Virus record (IMG/VR): IMGVR_UViG_3300025767_000021
Coordinates: 1-58,294 of that record
Strand: one strand, 5' to 3'
DNA length: 58,294 nucleotides
DNA from: a virus
Taxonomy: Duplodnaviria > Caudoviricetes
Below, piece by piece: positions 1 to 8,944 of the stretch. Every line of letters begins with the position of its first letter. Positions within the stretch are counted from its first letter, which is position 1. Under the pieces are notes generated by a model. That model was not told the origin of the DNA, ran no database searches, and saw only the letters and a program-made list of their open reading frames with translations. The position numbers were made by a program, and so were the translations under genes.

Positions 1-1254
1 AGACCACTTCCAGTTTACGAAACCGAAAGATTAGAAAATACCGACCCAAACAATCCAAACTATGTAAAGTTTAAAGTAATGCACGACCCGAATGGTAAAG
101 GTGAATACGAAAACTATGAGGTAGTTCACTTCAGATTATTATCAGATACAAACTTCCTTCCGTATGGAAAGGCAATGATTGAAAATGGTAGAAGAATTTG
201 GAAGCAAGTTTCTCTTATGGAAGATGCAATGTTAATCCATAGAATTATGAGAGCTCCGGATAAGAGAGTTTTCAAAATTGATATCGGTAATATTCCTCCG
301 CAAGAAGTTGATAACTACATGCAGAAGATTATCAACAAAATGAAGAAAACTCCATTTGTGGACAAACAAACTGGAGATTACAACTTAAAGTATAACATCC
401 AAAATCTAACTGAAGATTTCTTCTTACCTGTTAGGGGTGGTGATAGTGGTACTGAAATTGATTCATTGGGTGGATTACAATATACCGCAATTGAAGATAT
501 CGATTACTTAAAGAATAAAATGTTTGCAGCTCTGAAAATTCCAAAAGCATATTTGGGATACGATGAGAATGTAAATGGTAAAGCAACTCTTGCTGCAGAA
601 GATGTGAGATTTGCAAGAACGATTGAGAGAATCCAAAGAACACTTATTTCTGAGTTAACTAAATTAGCAGTAACTCATTTAGCTGCTCAAGGTATTGAAG
701 GTACTGAAATGGTAGATTTCGAACTTAACTTAGTTAATCCATCTACAATCTATGAGCAGGAGAAGGTAAACCTTTGGAGTGAGAAAGTAAGATTGGTTTC
801 TGATATTACTCAGTTGAATATGGTATCTAAGGAATGGGCTTATAAAAACATCTTTAACTTTAGTGATGATGAAATAGACCATCAGAAAACAAACCTTATC
901 AATGATATTAAAGATAGATATCGTTATCGTATGATTGAAGATGAAGGTAATGACCCTGCTATGCAATCTGAACCTACTGATGTGGAGGATGAGTTAGAAG
1001 AGTTGAAAACATCTTTAAAAGATAAAGGTGGTAGACCAAGAGAGGGAAACACCTATGGTAAGGATAAACACCCATATGGTAGAGACCCGTTGGGAGCTAA
1101 AGAAAATGAAAAAGCGTTATCTAAAAATGAATCTTCGGTTTCAAGAACTGCTAAAAACGCAGCTAAGGCTTATGTAAATGGTGTTTCATCAAAAAAGAGA
1201 TTAATGAGCGAAACTGGTGATTTTTTAGATGATTCAAATTTGTTAGATGATTAA
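1..1254 (+). CDS. gp20: Portal protein, T4 gp20-like (5' end outside window)
   Basis: Frame is open from base 1. Motifs LMEDAMLIHRIMRAPDKRVFKIDIGNIPP, EDFFLPVRGG..GTEIDSLGG and DIDYLKNKMFAALKIP match T4-type portal proteins. Confidence 0.92.
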   Translation, partial: RPLPVYETERLENTDPNNPNYVKFKVMHDPNGKGEYENYEVVHFRLLSDTNFLPYGKAMIENGRRIWKQVSLMEDAMLIHRIMRAPDKRVFKIDIGNIPPQEVDNYMQKIINKMKKTPFVDKQTGDYNLKYNIQNLTEDFFLPVRGGDSGTEIDSLGGLQYTAIEDIDYLKNKMFAALKIPKAYLGYDENVNGKATLAAEDVRFARTIERIQRTLISELTKLAVTHLAAQGIEGTEMVDFELNLVNPSTIYEQEKVNLWSEKVRLVSDITQLNMVSKEWAYKNIFNFSDDEIDHQKTNLINDIKDRYRYRMIEDEGNDPAMQSEPTDVEDELEELKTSLKDKGGRPREGNTYGKDKHPYGRDPLGAKENEKALSKNESSVSRTAKNAAKAYVNGVSSKKRLMSETGDFLDDSNLLDD

Positions 1255-1279
1255 TTTTTAGGAAATCAAAATTAACTTA

Positions 1280-1287
1280 TATTTATA
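1280..1287 (+). promoter_or_regulatory. TATTTATA putative late-promoter element
   Basis: The same octamer recurs upstream of about 11 structural gene starts in this window. Confidence 0.6.
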
Positions 1288-1336
1288 TACGATGTAATAC
1301 CGTATATTGGTATATTATTATAGGATAAAAAACATA

Positions 1337-2200
1337 ATGAAGAGGGTAAAACATTCAAAATTTAAGAATACAGGTATTCTATTCGAACTTCTAGTGAGAC
1401 AAATCACATTAGAAGTATTGAATGGTGATACGACTGAAAAAGCAAAAGAAATTGTGAGAGAATTCTTCTCACCAGCAACTGAGTTGAATAAAGAACTTAG
1501 ATTGTATGAACTTTTGTTGAAAGAAAAATACAATTCGGAATCAAGAGCAGATAAATTCATTGATACTATTAATGAAGCTCATAATAGAATTGACCAAACT
1601 AAACTCAATAGAGAAAAGTATAGTCTTATTAAAAAGATTAACGAATCATTCAATATGGATGAGTTCCTATCTTCACCTATATCAAACTATAAGGTATTAG
1701 CATCAATTTATAAAGTATTTGAATCTAAGAAATATAAGGATTATGATGTAAAGGATGTATTTAACTCAAAAATTACCCTCATTGAGAACATCACATCTAA
1801 ACCAGCATCTAAAACTGAAGCTAAAAAAGATACTTTAGTTGAGAACTATAAAAAGCAAGATAAGGATTTAAGATTACTTACTTATAAAATTTTAGTAGAA
1901 ACTTTTAACAAAAAATATTCTAATTTAGATGAGAATCAAAAAGCATTGTTAAAAGAGTATATCAATAACTTAACAAACACAACTGGATTCAAAGCTTATG
2001 TTGAGAATGAGATTCCAAAAATTGTGAAAAAATTAAAATCAATTCAATCTAAGATTGGTGATAAAGTAACTAAGATTAAGTTAAGTGAAACTATTTCAAT
2101 TTTATCAAAAACTAAGGTTGGAAAATCAGTTTCAGATAATCATGTTTCATCTCTAATGATGTCTTACGAATTAATCAAAGAATTAAAGAGTAGAGTTTAA
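1337..2200 (+). CDS. Hypothetical head-morphogenesis protein
   Basis: ATG at 1337 (MKRVKHSKFKNTGILFELL) preferred over TTG at 1307. Lys-rich, helical-looking, directly after the portal. Confidence 0.7.
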   Translation: MKRVKHSKFKNTGILFELLVRQITLEVLNGDTTEKAKEIVREFFSPATELNKELRLYELLLKEKYNSESRADKFIDTINEAHNRIDQTKLNREKYSLIKKINESFNMDEFLSSPISNYKVLASIYKVFESKKYKDYDVKDVFNSKITLIENITSKPASKTEAKKDTLVENYKKQDKDLRLLTYKILVETFNKKYSNLDENQKALLKEYINNLTNTTGFKAYVENEIPKIVKKLKSIQSKIGDKVTKIKLSETISILSKTKVGKSVSDNHVSSLMMSYELIKELKSRV

Positions 2201-2646
2201 TGGATAATCTAAGAAAGTTAATTGAGGATTTAATTGAAGAAATCCAAAATGAAGAAATGGATATTGAGGAGGCAACCACGACTGGTGATATTGCTGGATA
2301 CAATACTCCTAATGCTTTCAAAGATACGGATGGTACTGATGAAGATGATGAACCTGAAGATGATTATACTGATAAAATAAATCAAGCAACTGGTTACAAA
2401 CGAGTTAATGAAAATAGATGGTTAGAATTAAAACGGGATGAATCCTCACCAAAGCAAAAAATTGGTAGAGGAATTTCTCATGTTAACAAACAGCTTTCTG
2501 AGATTGAAACCTTCCTTAGATGGTATGGTAAAATCAAAAACGAAAATGGAATTGATAAAGACCAATATTGGAAAAGAACTCAGAAAAATTTATTCAGAAT
2601 TAGAGAAAGACTGAATACTATTGTAACGCAGATTAGTAAATTATAA
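2200..2646 (+). CDS. Hypothetical protein, probable prohead core/internal protein
   Basis: Start overlaps the upstream stop. N-terminal amphipathic MDNLRKLIEDLIEE, acidic linker, RVNE motif. Confidence 0.65.
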   Translation: MDNLRKLIEDLIEEIQNEEMDIEEATTTGDIAGYNTPNAFKDTDGTDEDDEPEDDYTDKINQATGYKRVNENRWLELKRDESSPKQKIGRGISHVNKQLSEIETFLRWYGKIKNENGIDKDQYWKRTQKNLFRIRERLNTIVTQISKL

Positions 2647-2658
2647 TTGGGAATCAAT

Positions 2659-4158
2659 ATGAATATTACCAGAGAAACTATTAAATCGACACTCAGAAAC
2701 ATTATGGCAGAAGAAGCTGAGTATCAAACATTCTTCAAAAAGGCATTGGAGAAAGCAGGAAAATCTATCCCATCGATGAGTGATGAGGAAAAGAAGGAGT
2801 TCTTCAATAAGATTGATGCTGCTTGGAACGCTAAAGGTGAAAAGAACGAAGAGTTGACAGGTAACCAACATAAGTTAGATGTTGATGGTGATGGTGAGAT
2901 TGAAGCATCTGATTTAGCTGCTTTAAGAGCTGGTGAAGAAGCAAACGAATCACATGATTGTGGTTGTGGATGTGGTGGTGTAACCGAAGGTGGTTGTCAA
3001 ACAAATGTATCTGAGGAATTCCAATCAAAAGATAGAGATTTCGAAAAGGTATATGCTATCTTCGATAAGAAAGATTACTTTAATGCTAAAGGTTTAGCAA
3101 AAACACAAATCGGAAACTTCGAAAGAGCATTACAAAGAAACGATAAAGGTGCACAACAAATTTTGGACAAGTTCAAAGGCGATATGGAGAAATCAAAAGA
3201 GTATATCATCCAAGTAATTTCAGACCAAAAGAAACAACAAGCATTTGAAGATTACAAAAAATTCAAAAAAGCAGTTGAGAACATTCTATACAGACCAAAT
3301 GGAAACGAAGAATATGCTTCGGCTGATTTCATTAAAAGTAGAGTTCACAACAATTCTCAAAAATATACAATAGCTCTTTATAGTTCAATTCGTAATAAGA
3401 AATTTACTAACTATAAAGATATTCATGCTGATGTAGATTCTTTAATGACTGAATCAGTAAACGAAGGTAGAGCATTTATTAATGCAGCTAAGAAAGCAAA
3501 AGCAGAAGGTAAAACTGAATTTGAATTCAATGGTAAAACTTATCCTGTAACTTTAAAGGAAACGGTAACCGAAGGTAAAAAAGTATTTAGAGTAAATCCT
3601 GGTATTGGTAAAGCTAAGTATAGTATCAGTTCACATGATGGTGTTAAGAAACACAAAGATGGTAGTGATTTCTTTGATATTGAAATTTTCAAAAATAAAG
3701 TTGATTTAGAAAAAGGAATTAAAAAATATACTTCTAACGGATTTGTAAAAGAATCAGTAGTTAACGAAGATAGAGCTATGAATATCAAAGTTAAACAACT
3801 TTTGGATAAAGGATTAGGTGATTTAACCAAAGGTAAACCAAATCATCAATTCGCAGTAATGCATGTATTGATGGGAGCGTTAACTGATGCTAACTTCCAC
3901 TCAGAAGCTAAGAAAGTTCCTTCAATCTTTTCAAGAGGAAAATACGAAGGAGACCCAAGAGGTAAGCAAGATGCAATCGGAATCTATGAAGAAATGGGTG
4001 AGAAAATTGCAAGTATTTGTAAATGGGATGGTAAAGATATCGTAGATGCTATTGGTTTCTATGTATCAATGACTATTGGTAGACCTGTTGGAGAAAAAGT
4101 TGAAAAATTAGTTGAATCAATAAATGAAACTATTTATTTATTGAACAATAAAAAATAA
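2659..4158 (+). CDS. Modular head-internal protein (putative protease-processed polyprotein)
   Basis: ATG at 2659. Contains an EF-hand-like loop DVDGDGEIEASD, a CGCGC cluster, and modules separated by ESVNE/ETVTE/ESVVNE/ESINE. Confidence 0.65.
   Translation: MNITRETIKSTLRNIMAEEAEYQTFFKKALEKAGKSIPSMSDEEKKEFFNKIDAAWNAKGEKNEELTGNQHKLDVDGDGEIEASDLAALRAGEEANESHDCGCGCGGVTEGGCQTNVSEEFQSKDRDFEKVYAIFDKKDYFNAKGLAKTQIGNFERALQRNDKGAQQILDKFKGDMEKSKEYIIQVISDQKKQQAFEDYKKFKKAVENILYRPNGNEEYASADFIKSRVHNNSQKYTIALYSSIRNKKFTNYKDIHADVDSLMTESVNEGRAFINAAKKAKAEGKTEFEFNGKTYPVTLKETVTEGKKVFRVNPGIGKAKYSISSHDGVKKHKDGSDFFDIEIFKNKVDLEKGIKKYTSNGFVKESVVNEDRAMNIKVKQLLDKGLGDLTKGKPNHQFAVMHVLMGALTDANFHSEAKKVPSIFSRGKYEGDPRGKQDAIGIYEEMGEKIASICKWDGKDIVDAIGFYVSMTIGRPVGEKVEKLVESINETIYLLNNKK
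4131..4138 (+). promoter_or_regulatory. TATTTATT putative late-promoter element upstream of the protease
   Basis: Motif variant 31 nt before ATG 4170, inside the end of the upstream CDS. Confidence 0.45.
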
Positions 4159-4169
4159 GGATAACCAAT

Positions 4170-4757
4170 ATGAAAAGTTTAATTATAGAAACCAATTTGT
4201 TTGAAGGGAGAGTTAACGAAGATTCGTCTGGTAGAACTTTGGTTAAAGGTGTCCTTCAAAGAGCAGGTGCAGAAAACCAAAATGGTAGAGTGTACCCTAT
4301 GGAAGTATTAAAGAGAGAAGTAAACAAATATCAAACTCTTATTAAGGAAAGAAGAGCATTGGGTGAATTAGACCATCCTGATTCTTCTGTTATTAACCTA
4401 AAGAATGTATCTCACAACATTAAGGAAGTACATTGGGAAGGTAACGATGTAGTAGGTACAGTTGAAATTTTACCTACTCCTTCTGGTAATATTTTGAAGG
4501 AACTATTAAGAGCTGGAATCCTATTAGGTATCTCATCAAGAGGTATGGGTTCTACTAAACCAATGGAAGGTAACAAACTTTTAGTTGGTGAAGATTTTGA
4601 ATTAATCGGTTGGGATTTTGTATCCAACCCATCTACACATGGTGCATTTATGACTCCGATGAATGAATCAGTAATCAAAGGTATTGGTACTGATGTTTGT
4701 GGTGATTTTTGTAAAGCACAAGATTTAATGAGAGAAATTATAACGGAATTAGTATAA
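4170..4757 (+). CDS. gp21: Prohead core protease, T4 gp21-like
   Basis: NQNGRVYP, ALGELDHP, NVSH, GISSRGMGS and WDFVSNPS motifs of T4-type prohead proteases. Confidence 0.93.
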   Translation: MKSLIIETNLFEGRVNEDSSGRTLVKGVLQRAGAENQNGRVYPMEVLKREVNKYQTLIKERRALGELDHPDSSVINLKNVSHNIKEVHWEGNDVVGTVEILPTPSGNILKELLRAGILLGISSRGMGSTKPMEGNKLLVGEDFELIGWDFVSNPSTHGAFMTPMNESVIKGIGTDVCGDFCKAQDLMREIITELV

Positions 4758-5311
4758 TGAGTAAGAAAAACTTTGACATATACGATTATGTGCATAACAA
4801 CAAATTCACTTTGAATGTTGATGCACCAACAGGAACATCTGTAACTAAAGGTTACAATGATATTCGTAAAACCAACATCAACGAAGTAAAAATCGTAGAT
4901 GGTAAATTCAGTTTATCTGAATCATTAGAAGCTGATAGACCGTTGGCAACTGAAGTAAAGAAGCATTTCTTAGAAATCATCTCTACTTACAAAGGTTTCC
5001 AAGAACAAATGAAAAGACAATCTGATATCGTAGAGGTAGCAGAAACATTGGGTGGTGTTGTTGAGGCAGCAAAAACCTTAACTCTTTCAGAAGCTGGTGA
5101 TTGGTTTGATAAAGTAACCATCAAAAGAAATATGAGTGAGTTGGATAAAATGGATAAAGCATTCGATAAGGTAGCATCTGAAGCTAGAGCATTGGATGAA
5201 AGGTTACATGCATTGTACGAAGATATGGGTAACATCTTAGGAAGATACTATGAGATTTCCGATATTGACCCTGAAACAATGAAAGAAAGATTGGGAATCA
5301 AAAAGGATTAA
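4757..5311 (+). CDS. Hypothetical head-region protein
   Basis: Translationally coupled ORF with a coiled-coil-like C-terminal half. Confidence 0.65.
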   Translation: MSKKNFDIYDYVHNNKFTLNVDAPTGTSVTKGYNDIRKTNINEVKIVDGKFSLSESLEADRPLATEVKKHFLEIISTYKGFQEQMKRQSDIVEVAETLGGVVEAAKTLTLSEAGDWFDKVTIKRNMSELDKMDKAFDKVASEARALDERLHALYEDMGNILGRYYEISDIDPETMKERLGIKKD

Positions 5312-5315
5312 TACT

Positions 5316-6470
5316 ATGATTAAGTTAACTGATTTATTAGGAGAAGAGTTTACCGCAGTTAGTAACAAAAGTGGTAAGACTGTAGTGTTTAAAAACAAAG
5401 ATGCACGAGATGCTGCTGTAAAAGCTGGTACTCACTCTAAAGAAGATGAAAAAGATGGTAGTGATGAACCTAAAGGTGAAAAAAAACCAAATATGTTCTC
5501 TAAAGATGCTGGATACGATGCAACTGATGCAAAATCAGATGATACCCCATCAATAGATTTATCGGCAGATGAGGATGGTAAAATGAGTTCGGATTCGGCT
5601 AATGCAATAACCGATTTACTTAATAAAGAATTAGGAGTAGATGGTAGTGGTGAAGTTACGGATAGTGGTGTAATTACATATGGATTGGCTAACTCAGAAG
5701 GTGAGTGGAATTCTGCTTTATATATTGGACCAAATTATGATGGTGATAAATTTGCAGTTAGTGTAGAGACAGATGGTGGGCAAAATGTTGGTGATTCTTA
5801 TAAAGAGTTTGATAATGAAAAGGAAGCTGTAGCTTATGCTAAAGAATTAGCAAAAAAATACAAAGATGAATTCGCAGCACCAGAACCAAAAGAACCACAT
5901 AAACCGGGTTTACTTCCATCGCAAGCAAAAAAGGATTCATTCCAATGGACAACTGGTAAACTTCAACCTAAAAGAGCAGATAAAAAATTAGTATCATTAG
6001 TTAATAAACTATCTAAGAAAGCTGGATTAGACCCTAATAAACTTGATAAAGAAGAATACGAAAAAAGAATGTTGAGTGTAGTACATGATGCATTGGAAGA
6101 TGCAAACTTCCATGGTGCTAATAGACGAATCTTCGCTGATTTATTAGGTAAACCTGAATTAGCAAAAAGACCTGATTACTCAAAAGCTCCTGAAATGGGA
6201 ACACCTGAGAGAGATGAATGGGATATGAACAATTCTATCTACAACAAAACATTTGATAGTATTACATCTGAATTTGATGGTTCTAACGATTTTGCAACAA
6301 CAATTTCTTCAGAATCAGGTTGGGATGGTGAACAAACCATTGCGGCACTTTTAATGAAAATGAGAAAAGATGGACATGGTAACTTAGCAGATAGAGTACA
6401 AGCATCTTTTGATAAAGCTATGGAAAATAACGAAGGTTCTATCAAACTAACGAACTTATTAGGAAAGTAA
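5316..6470 (+). CDS. Putative head-internal protein
   Basis: Begins MIKLTDLLGEE and ends IKLTNLLGK. Shares an ALxDANFH...WDG module with the 2659..4158 protein. Confidence 0.65.
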   Translation: MIKLTDLLGEEFTAVSNKSGKTVVFKNKDARDAAVKAGTHSKEDEKDGSDEPKGEKKPNMFSKDAGYDATDAKSDDTPSIDLSADEDGKMSSDSANAITDLLNKELGVDGSGEVTDSGVITYGLANSEGEWNSALYIGPNYDGDKFAVSVETDGGQNVGDSYKEFDNEKEAVAYAKELAKKYKDEFAAPEPKEPHKPGLLPSQAKKDSFQWTTGKLQPKRADKKLVSLVNKLSKKAGLDPNKLDKEEYEKRMLSVVHDALEDANFHGANRRIFADLLGKPELAKRPDYSKAPEMGTPERDEWDMNNSIYNKTFDSITSEFDGSNDFATTISSESGWDGEQTIAALLMKMRKDGHGNLADRVQASFDKAMENNEGSIKLTNLLGK

Positions 6471-6476
6471 TATATC

Positions 6477-7538
6477 ATGCCTGCAACATCTCAACAACAA
6501 CAAAAGTTATTTGGATTAGCCTTAGCATATAAAAGAGGTGAAGTTCCTGCTTCAGAGGTTTCAGATGAAATTAAAGATATCGCTGATAGAATGAGTGAAA
6601 AGGATATTGAAGATTTCGCAGCAACAAAACATAAAGGATTACCAAAGATGAAAGAACAACTTAGAAAAATCGTTAGAGAGATTATGAGAGAAAGAGCAAT
6701 CTCTGAAATGAACGAACAATCAATCGAAGAAGTGGCTAGTAGAACCGCAATGGAAATTGGTGGTTTGACTGGTATGAATAAAGATGCAATCCAAAAGTTT
6801 GTTGATGATAACAACTTAGATATCGAAAAGGTTTTCCAATATGTGAAAAAAGGAAAACTAAAAGATAGAATGGATTTGGTATCTGCGATTGCTGGTAAAC
6901 CAAATAACCCAGTTCAAAAGAAAATGATTAAGATGTTTGGTGAATCTACAAACGAAGCTGACCTTCCAAAGGCAATGATTCCAAACAATATCAAAGCTAA
7001 ATTGAATATGGCTATTGATAAGATTAAAGATACCAACTTAACTTACAATCAAAAGTTACAGGTGATTGGTAAAATCATAGATAGTTTGGGTATCGATAAA
7101 AAAGAACTTGTTAAAATGTCAACAAGATTAAAAGGTACTTTAGAATCAGTAACCGAAGCAAGTATTGATGTTGACACTTATAGAAAGAAACAAGCATTCG
7201 TTATTGGACCTAAATTTGCCGAAGTTGCATCTGATACTGATGTAGAGTTAATGGCTCGTTTAAAGAGAGTAAATAGCGAACATGAGTGGCAGTTGAAACA
7301 AAACATCAAATCAATGGACCACCTTTACAAAAAATACAAACTTCGTTCTAAAAAAGGTATCGAAGAAGGTATTGAATCAGTAAACGAAGGATACTCTACC
7401 GAAGAGAAACGAATCGTTCTGATGGCAGTTAAAAAACTTGCTAAGTATAGAAATGTACCATTGGATAACGCAATTAATGGTTTATTGGGTGCGGGGCAAG
7501 AACTTGAAAGAGATATTCAAAAAGGAAAAATAAAATAA
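6477..7538 (+). CDS. Putative head-internal polyprotein with DUF3008-like N-terminus
   Basis: MPATSQQQQKLFGLALAYKRG...DFAATKHKGLP resembles DUF3008. Modules are separated by QSIEE/ESTNE/ESVTE/ESVNE. Confidence 0.65.
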   Translation: MPATSQQQQKLFGLALAYKRGEVPASEVSDEIKDIADRMSEKDIEDFAATKHKGLPKMKEQLRKIVREIMRERAISEMNEQSIEEVASRTAMEIGGLTGMNKDAIQKFVDDNNLDIEKVFQYVKKGKLKDRMDLVSAIAGKPNNPVQKKMIKMFGESTNEADLPKAMIPNNIKAKLNMAIDKIKDTNLTYNQKLQVIGKIIDSLGIDKKELVKMSTRLKGTLESVTEASIDVDTYRKKQAFVIGPKFAEVASDTDVELMARLKRVNSEHEWQLKQNIKSMDHLYKKYKLRSKKGIEEGIESVNEGYSTEEKRIVLMAVKKLAKYRNVPLDNAINGLLGAGQELERDIQKGKIK

Positions 7539-7541
7539 AAG

Positions 7542-7566
7542 AAAGGTGGGTTATCCACCTTTTTTT
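7542..7566 (+). terminator. Rho-independent terminator
   Basis: AAAGGTGG-gttat-CCACCTTT stem followed by a T run, right after the stop codon. Confidence 0.85.
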
Positions 7567-7629
7567 ATGCTCATAAAATAAAAACTAAAGAAAATCTAAT
7601 ATTTTTTTTAGGTTTTATAAATTTCTATA

Positions 7630-7637
7630 TATTTATT
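7630..7637 (+). promoter_or_regulatory. TATTTATT putative late promoter of the scaffold/capsid unit
   Basis: Recurrent motif located after the terminator, 150 nt before ATG 7788. Confidence 0.55.
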
Positions 7638-7787
7638 CGTATAATAACCCACTATCTTATGTGGGTTGGTTGGTTTATGAATACTAACTTTTAATGTTTA
7701 GTGACCGAACGACCAATTTACAACTATTCTACATTGAGGTTCCTCGAATAACTTCAGCACAAAAACTTAATAAAAGGTAAAAGTAAA

Positions 7788-8918
7788 ATGGCAAATTCAA
7801 AATTGTTAAAAGAAGCAATTGCTGATGCCAAAGCTGTAAGAGAAACTGCTATTGCTAACGCTAAAATCGCATTAGAAGAAGCATTTACTCCTAGACTTCA
7901 GTCTATCCTTTCTAAGAAGCTTCAAGCTGAAATGGAAGAGGAAGATGAGGAGCCGATGGAAGAAATGGATTCAAGCGAAATTGGTGGTGGTGATAACGAA
8001 GAACCTTCAGCTGAAGCAAGTGATGCTCACACAGAACTAGGACCTGAATCTGAGGAAGAAACTGCGGAAGTAGGTGATGAATTGGAAGAAGGTGAAGGCT
8101 CTATTGAGGACCCAACTAACGCTGATGATGCTACTATCTCTGAAGAGGATGAAATGGAAGATGAAGTTTCTGAAGAAGAAATGGAAGATGAAATGGAAAT
8201 CGAAGAAGAGATGGAAGATGAAGATGAGTTAGATTTGGAGGCTATCATTAGAGAATTGGAAATGGGCATGGAAGATGAAGAAGAAGTATCTGAAGAAGAG
8301 GATATGGATTCTGAAGAAGAAATGCATGAAGAAGAAGATGAAGTTTCTGATGAAGAAGAAGAAGCTATCGATGCTGCATTAGATTCTCACGAAGATGAGA
8401 TGCACGCTGACGAAGAAGCAGATGACATGGAAGAAGAAATGGATGACGAAATCGACTTAGATGAAATTCTAAGAGAGATGGGCTACGGAGATGATGAAGA
8501 GGTTGAAGAATCTTATGATGAAGAAGAAGCTAACGAAGAAGTAACTAAGTTACAGACGGAGTTAGAAGAAGCTTATGCAACTGTTAAATCACTTCAATCT
8601 ACAATCAACGAAGTAAATCTTCTTAACGCAAAATTATTATACGCTAACAGATTATTCAGAGGTTATAACTTAACCAATGAACAAAAATCTAAAGTTGTTG
8701 AAAACTTAGACAGAACTACATCTGTTAGAGAGGTAAAATTAGTTTACGCTACGCTTGCAGAATCTATGAACTTTACAGGTACTGAGAAAAAAACTAAGAA
8801 AGTTGTTGCTGAGGCAGCATCTAAGGTAGTTTCTTCAACTGCTCCTGCTAAAGAGATTATTTCTGAAAGCACAAATGCATTAGCTGAGAGATTCAAACAA
8901 TTAGCTAATATCAAATAA
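7788..8918 (+). CDS. Prohead scaffolding protein (gp22-like)
   Basis: Very acidic E/D-rich middle and coiled-coil ends. Lies immediately upstream of the major capsid gene. Confidence 0.8.
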   Translation: MANSKLLKEAIADAKAVRETAIANAKIALEEAFTPRLQSILSKKLQAEMEEEDEEPMEEMDSSEIGGGDNEEPSAEASDAHTELGPESEEETAEVGDELEEGEGSIEDPTNADDATISEEDEMEDEVSEEEMEDEMEIEEEMEDEDELDLEAIIRELEMGMEDEEEVSEEEDMDSEEEMHEEEDEVSDEEEEAIDAALDSHEDEMHADEEADDMEEEMDDEIDLDEILREMGYGDDEEVEESYDEEEANEEVTKLQTELEEAYATVKSLQSTINEVNLLNAKLLYANRLFRGYNLTNEQKSKVVENLDRTTSVREVKLVYATLAESMNFTGTEKKTKKVVAEAASKVVSSTAPAKEIISESTNALAERFKQLANIK

Positions 8919-8944
8919 CACTAACATTAAAAAGGAAAAATAAA

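Noticed and set aside
1307-1336. Upstream TTG starts for ORFs 1307 and 2647
   Set aside because: ATGs at 1337 and 2659 have better context; the extensions look like intergenic sequence.
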